Origin: a virus
DNA: 64,000 nucleotides
Direction: 5' to 3' (one strand)
IMG/VR virus record: IMGVR_UViG_3300021960_000054
Coordinates: 8,047 to 72,046 of that record
The notes beneath the pieces were generated by a model that saw only the letters and a list, made by a program, of their open reading frames with translations, ran no database searches and was not told the DNA's origin. The first letter of the stretch is position 1. Each line of letters starts with the position of its first letter. Made by a program: the position numbers and the translations under genes. Of this stretch, positions 44,963 to 54,671 are shown in pieces.

Positions 44963-44990
44963 TGGGCGCAACTAAATGGCGCCCATTAAT
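44963..44990 (-). terminator. Hairpin terminator
   Basis: TGGGCGC...GCGCCCA inverted repeat. Confidence 0.6.
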
Positions 44991-45539
44991 TTATGCACTA
45001 ATTGTAAGTGTATCTGTTACACCAGCGATAGCAAGGGATGCGTTAACTGCTTCTTGGTCAGCAATATTACCACCTTGCGGTAAAATGCTCTGGTCAGCAA
45101 TTGACAATACATCATCTTCTGCAAGTGCGGCAGATGCGGCACCAAACGTAGCACGGAATGTCAACTTGTTAGTTGATGAACCGGACTGATAAGTTGCAGT
45201 AGTTGTTGCTGATGCACCACCACCTGCTTGGTCGTTAGCAATTTCAAGAGTTGGTGAACCTGTTACGGTGACCTTCTCGTTATATACTACAGTAACGTCA
45301 ATATTACCGCCAGCGGCATGACTGTATGCTGTTGATTTGAAGATTACAGATGTGATATCTGCAATATTCAATTTAGTAGAACCAGACAATTGTCCAATTG
45401 CTACTAATACTTCTTCTAGACCCGTATTTGGATCACGATAGACCCATCCGCGACTATCTGCGAATGTGTCTCTTTTCTGTGCTGTGGTTAACCATTTAGG
45501 TTTCGCCTCATTTGCGTCTGTTGCGCCCCAAGATGCCAT
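44991..45539 (-). CDS. Virion structural protein with Ig-like domain
   Basis: MASWG...GWV...EVLVAI; VYNEKVTVTGSPTL...YQSGSSTNKLTF. Confidence 0.7.
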   Translation of the reverse strand: MASWGATDANEAKPKWLTTAQKRDTFADSRGWVYRDPNTGLEEVLVAIGQLSGSTKLNIADITSVIFKSTAYSHAAGGNIDVTVVYNEKVTVTGSPTLEIANDQAGGGASATTTATYQSGSSTNKLTFRATFGAASAALAEDDVLSIADQSILPQGGNIADQEAVNASLAIAGVTDTLTISA

Positions 45540-45562
45540 TTTAACTCTCCTATTTGTTTATG

Positions 45563-46084
45563 TTAGAAACCAAGTTTCTTTAGACTATTTATAGTATTTT
45601 TTGCGCTAGTATGATGAATACCTATACCACCTTGCGCTTCCCATTCTCTAATGTTTTTGATGTAATCATCAATTAAGATGTTTGCTACACCATCACTCAT
45701 AGCATATTTTTGTTTGTCTTCTCGTTTTACTAGATTGATACGCTGTTTAGGTATCATTAAATGTCTTTTAATCCAAGAATTCTTTCCGTCTTTACAATTC
45801 TTATCCCAGTTTGCATATGCAGATAGAATGTATGGATGACTAGATTTGACGTACCGAAACAACTCGGCACCATCTGTCATCCACTGAAGATTATGCCAGA
45901 AGTCACTTTTCTTTTCTACTTGTGCTTTGATTTTACCCTTTGCACCGTGGTTCAGGTCAGGTGACGTAAAGTCTTCACCGGTTGTGTCTTTAATACCTCT
46001 AATGAAATCACAAAGAACTCCATCCATATCTAGATATATCTTCTGTTGACCTTTTGCTTCGAACTGTAGTAATGATAATGTCAT
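45563..46084 (-). CDS. HAD-superfamily phosphatase (5'(3')-nucleotidase-like)
   Basis: YLDMDGVLCDF, ILSA, LIDD..KNI.EW...GGIGIHH. Confidence 0.85.
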   Translation of the reverse strand: MTLSLLQFEAKGQQKIYLDMDGVLCDFIRGIKDTTGEDFTSPDLNHGAKGKIKAQVEKKSDFWHNLQWMTDGAELFRYVKSSHPYILSAYANWDKNCKDGKNSWIKRHLMIPKQRINLVKREDKQKYAMSDGVANILIDDYIKNIREWEAQGGIGIHHTSAKNTINSLKKLGF

Positions 46085-46336
46085 CTAGTAATCATCTTCC
46101 TCTTTAGGTTTATCTTTAATATTATGTGTGACTTTCATTGTAGTCTCTCTGTTGTTATTGTCGAACTTCAATTCCATGCGATTTGTTATCTCATGGTCAG
46201 GTGTCTCTTTTAACTTCAACTCTAGTATAACAGATTTGTCACAAAAGTCAAGTCCTAAATCACGAACTTTCTTAATAAAGTTAAACCACAAATCTTCTAC
46301 TTTAGGAACATCGTCCCTTGTAAATTGCTTTGCCAT
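46085..46336 (-). CDS. Hypothetical protein
   Basis: ORF in the late cluster. Confidence 0.5.
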   Translation of the reverse strand: MAKQFTRDDVPKVEDLWFNFIKKVRDLGLDFCDKSVILELKLKETPDHEITNRMELKFDNNNRETTMKVTHNIKDKPKEEDDY

Positions 46337-46360
46337 AACACTAACTGAAAGTGACTGATA

Positions 46361-46582
46361 CTAATCAGTCTCTTTATCTGCTTTCCAATTTGCGTCAATA
46401 TAATTATAGAATGCTTTTTTATCAGCGGAAGATAACTCCGAAGGTGACTTAACACCACGCTTTGATAGTTCTTTAGCAAAGAACTTCTGATATGCACTCT
46501 GGTCTTCAGTCTTAACACCTTCGACTTCTTCTCTTGTTCTCTCTTTAAGATTGAACGGATTATTAACTCCTAAACCAAACAT
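46361..46582 (-). CDS. Small probable internal head protein
   Basis: AYQKFFAKELSKRGVKSPSELS..DKKAFYNYID. Confidence 0.65.
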   Translation of the reverse strand: MFGLGVNNPFNLKERTREEVEGVKTEDQSAYQKFFAKELSKRGVKSPSELSSADKKAFYNYIDANWKADKETD

Positions 46583-47151
46583 TATTTTTCTCCTTTAGGT
46601 TTTTCGCCGCGCTCTTTCTTAGAGATTGCGATTGCCGCTTGTTGTGCGGCACTTACTGCTTCTTCTTTATGGTCAATGTTCGCATATAGACTTTTCATAT
46701 CTTCATGCGTTGCTGATAATTTATTTTGCATCCACTCAGGAAACTCACCGCCACTTGAAAGATGCTCTTTCATTTTACCAGCGGCATATGACATAAACTC
46801 TAACTGTTGCATTGCCATTGAACCCTCATCAGGTGATGCTGGTTCGTCTTGTTCGTTTACGCTTTCACCGCGCACTTGTTTAGCAAGGTCTGCGTCTGCT
46901 TTACCCCATGTACCAGAAGATTTAGTGACAAATGAATTAACTCGCGCCATACCCCATTGTTGTGGAGTGGTTCCTGGACGATGACCACCTTTCCATGCGG
47001 CAACTCCTCGTTTGTATACTTGCTTCAATACACCAAGAGGCATACCAGACTTATCTGCTTTTGCTTTTAGTCCTGCGTCTGCGCTTTCTGTCAATTCTTC
47101 AGAATACACTTCTTGCAGAATTTGTGACATTGTTTTTCTATAGTTTGTCAT
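46582..47151 (-). CDS. Probable internal head protein (multi-module)
   Basis: ELTE-SADAGLKAKADKSG...VYKRGVAAW..GHRPG..PQQWGMARVNSF; FPEWMQNKL module. Confidence 0.7.
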   Translation of the reverse strand: MTNYRKTMSQILQEVYSEELTESADAGLKAKADKSGMPLGVLKQVYKRGVAAWKGGHRPGTTPQQWGMARVNSFVTKSSGTWGKADADLAKQVRGESVNEQDEPASPDEGSMAMQQLEFMSYAAGKMKEHLSSGGEFPEWMQNKLSATHEDMKSLYANIDHKEEAVSAAQQAAIAISKKERGEKPKGEK

Positions 47152-47420
47152 CTTTGTTCCCATATCTTGATTACAAGATTTCCTTTACCTTTTATAATTC
47201 TATGATATTCCATCTCTGGAATTTTATAAATTTTTCCTTTTTCTAGTTTTTTAGCAATTTTGTTGTCTAACTGTAACAACCAATCTTCGCCTTCTAGAAT
47301 AGTTATCTCTCTATAGTATTTATCCCTATGCCAAACCAAAGTATCAGGATCAACATCCTCATCAAATGTTCGTATATCATCTACTTGTTTGTAGGGTTTA
47401 CCAGAAATAGTTCCCGCCAC
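47148..47420 (-). CDS. Cupin-like protein
   Basis: LVWHRD...IPEMEYHRIIKG; start uncertain. Confidence 0.65.
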   Translation of the reverse strand: MAGTISGKPYKQVDDIRTFDEDVDPDTLVWHRDKYYREITILEGEDWLLQLDNKIAKKLEKGKIYKIPEMEYHRIIKGKGNLVIKIWEQR

Positions 47421-49989
47421 CAGATAGTCCTAACTGCTTCGCATAGTAAGGCATACGGCATGCCCAATATCCAGGTTTAGTTTTATCTTTCTTTGTGCTA
47501 CACTGATGTCTTGCGGCGAATGACTTTCTCGCTTCAGGATCATTCAGTTTTATTTTCAGACCGGTGGTGTCACCCCACGAAACTTTTTTAATGTTTCCAC
47601 TTGATGGGTCTTTTACATATACATAATACTTTTTAGGTCCACCCGCTTTAGGTTTGTTTAACTCAGGTTGCTCTTCTTCCATCATAGGACAATCAAGAGG
47701 CACATGTTGTCCTTCATATAATGCATGTGAACCAATGTCGGATTCAAGCAACTCAATGTCGAAACTATCTAAGAGGTCTCGGTTAAGGGTTTTCTTCCAC
47801 TCATTAAATTGCTCATAGTACATCTCAGAACCAATGCGATATTCATTAGTCTCAATCAACTGTGAGATTGGTTCATAACTTTCTTTTTTAGATTTCATTG
47901 CTTGAAGGCGCTTCATTTCTAATTTACGCATAGTTGGAAGTAAACGAATAGACAATCTATCAATAACTTTCTTCTTACTCGCAATGAACTTTTCAATTTG
48001 TTGCTTTTGCGCCATACCTAATGTGCTATATGGTTTACCTTTAGTAAATCTCTTACGCAACTTATTTCTTGCATGTCGCCTTGCTCTCTTCTTTAACTTT
48101 TCAGGAGAAGACATACGCTTCAATGCAATCATTCGTTTACGTTGAATACGCTTAGACATTCGGCGCATCATCATTGACCGTTTCATACGTTGCGCTGGTG
48201 TTAATACTTCATCCATATTAATCCACTGATAGTCAGCGGCAAGCATTTCGTCATCATCAGGAATCTCATTAGAGTCCACATCAACGCCATCATCTTCATC
48301 TTGGTCATTGGGAATTCCATCACCATCTTTATCTGGATATACATCTGCAAAATCTTCGATTTCGTCATAAGCATCGAATAAATCTGCGATTTGCTTTTCT
48401 AAACTCTCATCATCAACTTCATCAGGATCAGGAATATCAAGTTCTTTATCTTCATCACTCTCTTCTAAAAATAAGTCAATGTTCCACTCTTCGCGCAACT
48501 CATCTTCTTCGTAGTGAGATAAACGACTATCATGCTCAGTAACATCTTTCGCCATTGTGCGATACCACAATTTAATTTGCGGGTCTAATAGTCTCTTACC
48601 AACAGTAAATTTTCTAGCATCTCTGAACATCTTTTGAAGACGCTGTTGAACTTCTTGCTTGTTTGAACCAGCAACTAGCATCTTACCGACACCTTCAACT
48701 TCGACTTCAAAAGCAACTTCTGCTTGCTCTGTAAGACCTAAGTGTTCTTTGAATGATTTGCGGGTTTTCTCTACTTCTTTAGATACTTTATCTAAGACTT
48801 CTTTTGCATTCTTCCCATCAATACCTAAAATAGGTGCTTCACCATCGCCCAAAATCCAGTCTCCTGATGGGTCGTCTGGTGTTGTTCCTTGGACTGCTCC
48901 GCCTTGTTCTGGATAGTCTGCAATTGCTGGTACTGTTTTATGTGATGCTTCGCCGAACATCGCTTTGAACTTCTTAGTGTGCGTTGAAGGTTTTGTCTTT
49001 GCTGTCGCATCTCCAGGTGCTGGTTTGTAAGCACTTGGGTCGTCATCTGATTTTTCTGCGCCCTTCTTGAAATGTGCATCTCTGGTAGATTTGGTAGACT
49101 TGGACTTGAGTCCTGCAAAGTATTTTGCTGGTTGTGTACCGTCTTTATCGGCGATATCTTTATCTTGTCTAACTTCGGTGTCATCGTCTTTCGCTGATTT
49201 CTTTTCTGTAAGGTCGGATATCCACTTTGTATGTACATTACCATCTGCTCCTTTGCAGTACAGGAAGTTTGTTCCTTGTTCTACGATTTCAAATTCTTCA
49301 TTTAAATTTAAGTCTACTACAATATCACCAACATTAAAAATGTCGCCTACTAGATATGCTTCTCTGAATGCAATACGCTCAAATTCCACATCTTCTTTAA
49401 TTGAAAATACTTTACGAATTTCGTTATAAATTGCTTTCTTGTCTGCATCAGATAGTTTAGATGCTAATGCACCAGCAAACTTCTTATAGTTACCTTGCTT
49501 CGCATAGTCGCGCAATAGAGTACCAGAGATACCCTCAACACCTTTTGCATTAGGGTCGCGCTTGCCTGCAGACTTTGATGAGATGGAATTAAAGTTAAAT
49601 TCTTTTCCGTTGTATTTTTTGATGAGATTGACCATCTCACCTTCGCGGTCGTCACCAAATACTAATGTGATATCTGTATAACCGTCCGCTTCTAATTCTT
49701 TTGCAATCTCAATGATTGTTCTTGCTCTAGATGATTTAACTGCAGAACCAAATGCCTTCTTTGCATACTTGACTTTATCTTTGTATGACAGAGGGTCTTT
49801 CTTATTGTTCTGAGTATGTGATAGATAAATTCGTGCGTCTGCACCAGATGCTTTCGCTTCTTTTGTTACTGCATTCGCGAGTTTTTCATGTCCTGCTGTA
49901 GGAGGATTCATGCGACCAAAAGAAAATACAACTTTCTTTTCTTTTGCTTCCTTCAGTTTTTGCTGAAGGTCTGTAAACTTTAATGTCAT
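47398..49989 (-). CDS. Multi-domain protein with N-terminal HIGH-type nucleotidyltransferase (cytidyltransferase/NMNAT-like)
   Basis: FSFGRMNPPTAGH and ISGTLLR motifs; further basic and acidic modules. Confidence 0.8.
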   Translation of the reverse strand: MTLKFTDLQQKLKEAKEKKVVFSFGRMNPPTAGHEKLANAVTKEAKASGADARIYLSHTQNNKKDPLSYKDKVKYAKKAFGSAVKSSRARTIIEIAKELEADGYTDITLVFGDDREGEMVNLIKKYNGKEFNFNSISSKSAGKRDPNAKGVEGISGTLLRDYAKQGNYKKFAGALASKLSDADKKAIYNEIRKVFSIKEDVEFERIAFREAYLVGDIFNVGDIVVDLNLNEEFEIVEQGTNFLYCKGADGNVHTKWISDLTEKKSAKDDDTEVRQDKDIADKDGTQPAKYFAGLKSKSTKSTRDAHFKKGAEKSDDDPSAYKPAPGDATAKTKPSTHTKKFKAMFGEASHKTVPAIADYPEQGGAVQGTTPDDPSGDWILGDGEAPILGIDGKNAKEVLDKVSKEVEKTRKSFKEHLGLTEQAEVAFEVEVEGVGKMLVAGSNKQEVQQRLQKMFRDARKFTVGKRLLDPQIKLWYRTMAKDVTEHDSRLSHYEEDELREEWNIDLFLEESDEDKELDIPDPDEVDDESLEKQIADLFDAYDEIEDFADVYPDKDGDGIPNDQDEDDGVDVDSNEIPDDDEMLAADYQWINMDEVLTPAQRMKRSMMMRRMSKRIQRKRMIALKRMSSPEKLKKRARRHARNKLRKRFTKGKPYSTLGMAQKQQIEKFIASKKKVIDRLSIRLLPTMRKLEMKRLQAMKSKKESYEPISQLIETNEYRIGSEMYYEQFNEWKKTLNRDLLDSFDIELLESDIGSHALYEGQHVPLDCPMMEEEQPELNKPKAGGPKKYYVYVKDPSSGNIKKVSWGDTTGLKIKLNDPEARKSFAARHQCSTKKDKTKPGYWACRMPYYAKQLGLSGGGNYFW

Positions 49990-51227
49990 TTTTTCACCCA
50001 ATTTTTTGCGGCAGTGAAGTTAGCACGACTGAACTCTAAACGGTTCACTAGTTTAACTGCATTACCTTTAATTCTGTCAACTGCCACAAAACCTTCTGGT
50101 TCGGTGGTCTTTAGTCCATTATCTGTTCTCAGAAAAGTACCGATTGATTTTACTTTCGATAGTTTCTGCACCAATACATTTTTAGCGTCCATTATATAAG
50201 TGTATAACAAAGTTGCGTTTTGCAAGTCTTTCTCTTGCTGATGAATTTTTTTCAATCCTTCAAGTTTAATCTCATTATATTTTTGTTTACCTGCATCAGA
50301 CTTCACACTTTCAATCTTCTTGTCTAACTTAGTAGTCCAATAGTTCTTAAAGTCAGAGACCATTTGATTACTATCAGGCAAGTCATCTGCACCCCTAAAA
50401 TAAGAGTTTAGATGAACTTTAAAATTAGTTTCGATAGCAAATTGGTTCTTCTCATCAAAGTTCGCAGACATCTTATCCAAGTAGGATGAGACATTAGGTA
50501 GCAAACTTTCAATCCGTTCGATATAACCATTGAGATTTTCGGTTTCATCTTTAGTCATTGTGACTGTGCCTGAAACATCTTTATATGAGGCATCATCGAA
50601 CCAGACCGTCTTCTGCTTTCTCAACTTACTTATATTTATATTAAACGATGCTTTCATCGTTTCTAGTGTCTTACCTTTATATTCTGTATGAAAGATAATA
50701 CCCATCTTTGTACTTTGTACGAACTTACCAAGAGGTCCACTCTTAGGAATAGCATAGACAATAGTGTTAGGTTGAAACGTGATATAATCTTCACCATCAA
50801 TAGTCTTAGTTGACAAATCAGATTTAGTGTACATCATGTCACCTTGAATGACACCTTTGATACCTAACTTAGATAGTTCTTTTAATGCAACTTCTAATTT
50901 CTCTACTAGTCCACCTGTGTGGTTTTTCTTAATATCTGCAGATGTGTAGTTTAGTTTAGGGTTTTTATTAAAGACTGATTTAGTAGCAACAAAGAACTTA
51001 CCATTCTCAGGATTAACACCACAGAAAATAGCAGGTGCGCCATCCCACTTTGTGGTGATGTTAACACCGGTGCGAACACTTGAACTAAGCATGTCACGAA
51101 CACCTTTAAGGAATTCGACTGCGTTCTTTGCGCCATCGGCACCGTCTGTGATAATAGTTTCCTCAATATGCGTCAAGTGCGTATTGCGGTTCTCAGTTAA
51201 CTCTGTATGTGCTTTAAATCTAATCAT
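49986..51227 (-). CDS. Ligase-superfamily (KxDG) nucleotidyltransferase-like protein
   Basis: NTHLTHIEE; TTKWDGAP, ATKS, QGDMMY, EGFV, VKLV motifs. Confidence 0.65.
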   Translation of the reverse strand: MIRFKAHTELTENRNTHLTHIEETIITDGADGAKNAVEFLKGVRDMLSSSVRTGVNITTKWDGAPAIFCGVNPENGKFFVATKSVFNKNPKLNYTSADIKKNHTGGLVEKLEVALKELSKLGIKGVIQGDMMYTKSDLSTKTIDGEDYITFQPNTIVYAIPKSGPLGKFVQSTKMGIIFHTEYKGKTLETMKASFNINISKLRKQKTVWFDDASYKDVSGTVTMTKDETENLNGYIERIESLLPNVSSYLDKMSANFDEKNQFAIETNFKVHLNSYFRGADDLPDSNQMVSDFKNYWTTKLDKKIESVKSDAGKQKYNEIKLEGLKKIHQQEKDLQNATLLYTYIMDAKNVLVQKLSKVKSIGTFLRTDNGLKTTEPEGFVAVDRIKGNAVKLVNRLEFSRANFTAAKNWVKK

Positions 51228-51317
51228 GCTATTATTATACCATATCTTTCCTATTTGTCAAGTGTTTTTTACCACTTTTTATATAATACTTTAGTAGTGT
51301 GACATATTTATCACACT

Positions 51318-52514
51318 TTATCCTAATAACTTCTTACCGGTCGCCGCTTTGGACACATAATCAAGCAAAAAATGAGTTGGTGCTACTCCGCCTTGTTTAT
51401 TTCTAATATTTAGTTTGAAATCAAAGTACTGATTTGAGAATTTCATATCAATACGTTTTGCGGTACCATTTGTAATACCACCGTAGTACAATGTAAATTT
51501 AGAAGCACTTACGTTAGAGTATGCTTTATTCTCATTCACTCCAACCCACCAGCAATATGCTTTCTCGCCACCTTGTCCGTGAACCATCCAGTAGTTCGCT
51601 CCAATAGCACTCTGAAGCAGTGATGTTAATAGGGGTTTGTCGATTTCATTAGTTACATCTATGATATGTGAATTTGTTCCTGTTGCTTTCTTACCAGTTC
51701 CATATAGATTGAATACTGCACAGAATGTTGCATTGTCAATACCTAATGCTCTAAGAAGTTTTACTCCCATTTCATTAGTGATAATTCCATTCTTAACTTC
51801 TACTTCCGTAAATGGTTTACCAGGACCTTTCACACCAGTATTAACAAATGTCAGTGTGCTTGAAAATTTTGCAGATAGATATGTCTCAGTTCTATTGGCG
51901 TGAAAACAAGTGATATCTGTTAGTTTCTTTCCAACGTCAGCGGCATTACCAGGACCAATCATTACTTTACCACCATTCATGATGAACGGACGACTTTCAT
52001 TGGCGCCACCCATTTGCTTAATAGATTGAATTGGAGATGGGTTCTGTTTACAGACAGCGGCAAGAAGTTCATCTGCAAGTTTATTCATCATTGCTGGTTT
52101 CTTACCATTTGCTTTATCGACTAATGCGTTTGATAAGTCGCGCTCAAACTTGAGTCCTAAATTTTCTTTCTTACCACCTGCAGGTTGTCCACCAAACTCT
52201 TCAGTTTTTGTAAGTTTTGTCACAGGAATTGTTACTGTTCTTGCTTGTCCTGTATAATGACCTTTCAACTGAATGGTATTACCTTTTTGTCCAGCAAACG
52301 AAAGCATTAGATTTGCGAGTTCAGTAACTTTACTTGGCATCACTCCAGGAGTTCTCAATGTCTCATCATTATTGATTATAATTCCGGTTGCTTCGAATGT
52401 ACCATCTTCTGTATGAAATGTAGAAGATTTGCCATCAAGTTGCATTACTTTGTTCGCCAGAAGTTCTGGTCGATACGCATATTTTGCAATGTCAGGTACG
52501 TTTAATGTTGCCAT
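51318..52514 (-). CDS. PD-(D/E)xK nuclease-like late protein
   Basis: GLKFERDL...KLTDIT...YLSAK; GATAAATA late-like motif just upstream. Confidence 0.5.
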   Translation of the reverse strand: MATLNVPDIAKYAYRPELLANKVMQLDGKSSTFHTEDGTFEATGIIINNDETLRTPGVMPSKVTELANLMLSFAGQKGNTIQLKGHYTGQARTVTIPVTKLTKTEEFGGQPAGGKKENLGLKFERDLSNALVDKANGKKPAMMNKLADELLAAVCKQNPSPIQSIKQMGGANESRPFIMNGGKVMIGPGNAADVGKKLTDITCFHANRTETYLSAKFSSTLTFVNTGVKGPGKPFTEVEVKNGIITNEMGVKLLRALGIDNATFCAVFNLYGTGKKATGTNSHIIDVTNEIDKPLLTSLLQSAIGANYWMVHGQGGEKAYCWWVGVNENKAYSNVSASKFTLYYGGITNGTAKRIDMKFSNQYFDFKLNIRNKQGGVAPTHFLLDYVSKAATGKKLLG

Positions 52515-52539
52515 ACTCTTATTTATCCTTCTCCAAGAG

Positions 52540-52962
52540 TTAGATGTTTTTTGTCTCTTGCATCCAATATGCTTTGGCAAGATTTACTTGCAATCTATAT
52601 GCTTCTTTTTCCCAAGGTAGTTCATAATATGGACAGTCTGCAGAAACGGAAGATGTCTTCCAACGAGTAGCACTTTCGCAGTCCATCTCTTTTTGAACAT
52701 ACTGCTTAACGTGAACCATTTCGTGTGCTAGAGTGACCATCAAATCGCGAATGTCTAAATGATTTGCTAGTTCTATTTCATAATCTCTAATACTCTCAGT
52801 TAACATACAATAACCAACAGCATCACCAGTCATCTTTTTAATATGGATTTCAATTTCTATATTTCGAATTCTTGGCATAAGTTTCTTAATGAAGAAATAA
52901 CATGCGTCAGAAACGAGGTCGCGCTTAGTTTTGTTACCGCCTTGAACATGTACACAATGCAT
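52540..52962 (-). CDS. Zincin metallopeptidase
   Basis: TLAHEMVHVKQY...PWEKEAY; promoter TTGACA-N17-TATACT at 52995-53023. Confidence 0.8.
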   Translation of the reverse strand: MHCVHVQGGNKTKRDLVSDACYFFIKKLMPRIRNIEIEIHIKKMTGDAVGYCMLTESIRDYEIELANHLDIRDLMVTLAHEMVHVKQYVQKEMDCESATRWKTSSVSADCPYYELPWEKEAYRLQVNLAKAYWMQETKNI

Positions 52963-53071
52963 AAAACTACCTCTCTATTCTTTATTATAGACATAGTATA
53001 GCAAATATAAATCGATTTGTCAAGTACTGTTGTGGAAAAACAACAATATTTAATCGTTATATATCAAGTAT

Positions 53072-53284
53072 TTATGCGTTTTTTAGAAAAAAAGTTGGGA
53101 CTCGGTCTTCACCAAAACCACTTCCGGCGTTTAGTTGCTCACAACATCGCTTACTTATTCCCCTACACGCAAACAATTGAATATCATCACCGTACTTATG
53201 GTCATGTACATACCAACAGTTGTCTTCGCCGTTGTGGAATAACTTATATCTTGAAGGTTGAGAAGTCTTTGTATTTCTTGTCAT
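53072..53284 (-). CDS. Small conserved hypothetical protein
   Basis: LNAGSGFG...PTFFL motif downstream of gp41. Confidence 0.55.
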   Translation of the reverse strand: MTRNTKTSQPSRYKLFHNGEDNCWYVHDHKYGDDIQLFACRGISKRCCEQLNAGSGFGEDRVPTFFLKNA

Positions 53285-54671
53285 TGCGTTGCTCTTTCAG
53301 TTTATCAAATCCGTTCTGTTCTACTACCTGTACGGTATCAGGTGCTTTCGGTTTCATGTTCTCTACTAGGTCTTCTTGTGCAGATTCCTCTACATCATAT
53401 AATTGCATTTTTGCTCTATCGATACCCAATACAAAACGCTTGTATTTTGTAGGGTCATTGTATCGATTTTTCAATTGCTTCACTAAAATTTGATTATGCT
53501 GTTCTAGTTCTTCATTTGAAATTAATGCAAACATGAAATCACAAGTTGCTGGTAGTCCGAAACTTTCTGAGGTATCTTCAAGTCCAATATCAGTACTTGA
53601 GAATCCTTGTCTGGTAGTCTGTGTCGCAGAGATAATAGGAACATTATGCTCTACTGCTAGACCTCGCAGTTCTTCTGCGATTGATTTGATAATAGTGTAG
53701 GAGTTCTGAGATGCTCCTGCTTTGAAACGCTGAGATGCACAGATGTTTAGATAGTCAATAAAGATAGCATCAGGTTTGAAACTCTTCTTTAATGCTAGTT
53801 CATTTATCAATGCATCAAAATGACCTTTATGTGCGGTCGCTGTTGGATACTCTTTAACAATCAGTTTACCATGTGTCTCTCTTTGCAGTGACGCAAGTTT
53901 CTTGTCAAACATACTTTTAGGAAGTTCTTCAAGTGTTTGAATATCCATATTCAAAAGATTAGCATCAATACGTTCTGCAATACGCTCTTCTGCCATCTCC
54001 ATAGTAATGTACAAAACATTCTTATTGTGCATCATATAGTTTGCGGCAAGATGGCACATAAATAAGGATTTCCCAACGCCAGTTCCTGCTAGTGCTACAT
54101 TAAGTGTTTTGCTTGGTAGACCACCTTTTGTAATCAAGTCAAAGTACTTGAGATTGAAAGGTATCTTTTCTTCTTTTGTGTGATAGAAATCAAATCGGTC
54201 ATTCGATTGTTCGAAATAATCATGACCAACATTTGGGTCAAACGACACTGAGAGAGCATCAGATAATAGAGATGGAAGAGCATCAGGAGTTCTATTCTTA
54301 TCTCTTCCCTCTATTATCTGAATGCCGTCTGCAATGGCATTGTAGATTGCTTTATCTTTACAAAACTTTTCAGTGGCATCTGTCATCCACTGCAAGTCTG
54401 CAGATTGTTCATTTAGTGAATTGATAATTTCAACTGCTTTATTGAATTCAGGTTCAGGAACATTATGTGCTTCATTCAGCGTAATAATTAATTGCTCAGA
54501 AGATGGAAGTTTATTATACTTCGCAAGTGCTTCTGAGATTGCTGTGAATACAATTTTTTCTGAACTATCATGAAAGTATTCTGCTTTCAGGAACGGTAGT
54601 ACCTTACGAACATACTCTTCTTGGTTTAAGAGGTTCGATAGAATAGTTCTTTCAATCCGTGCCGTTTGCAT
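53244..54671 (-). CDS. 41: Replicative DNA helicase (T4 gp41)
   Basis: AGTGVGKS, ITMEMAEE, IDYLNI, ATQTTR, SESFGLP. Confidence 0.96.
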   Translation of the reverse strand: MQTARIERTILSNLLNQEEYVRKVLPFLKAEYFHDSSEKIVFTAISEALAKYNKLPSSEQLIITLNEAHNVPEPEFNKAVEIINSLNEQSADLQWMTDATEKFCKDKAIYNAIADGIQIIEGRDKNRTPDALPSLLSDALSVSFDPNVGHDYFEQSNDRFDFYHTKEEKIPFNLKYFDLITKGGLPSKTLNVALAGTGVGKSLFMCHLAANYMMHNKNVLYITMEMAEERIAERIDANLLNMDIQTLEELPKSMFDKKLASLQRETHGKLIVKEYPTATAHKGHFDALINELALKKSFKPDAIFIDYLNICASQRFKAGASQNSYTIIKSIAEELRGLAVEHNVPIISATQTTRQGFSSTDIGLEDTSESFGLPATCDFMFALISNEELEQHNQILVKQLKNRYNDPTKYKRFVLGIDRAKMQLYDVEESAQEDLVENMKPKAPDTVQVVEQNGFDKLKEQRNDKKYKDFSTFKI

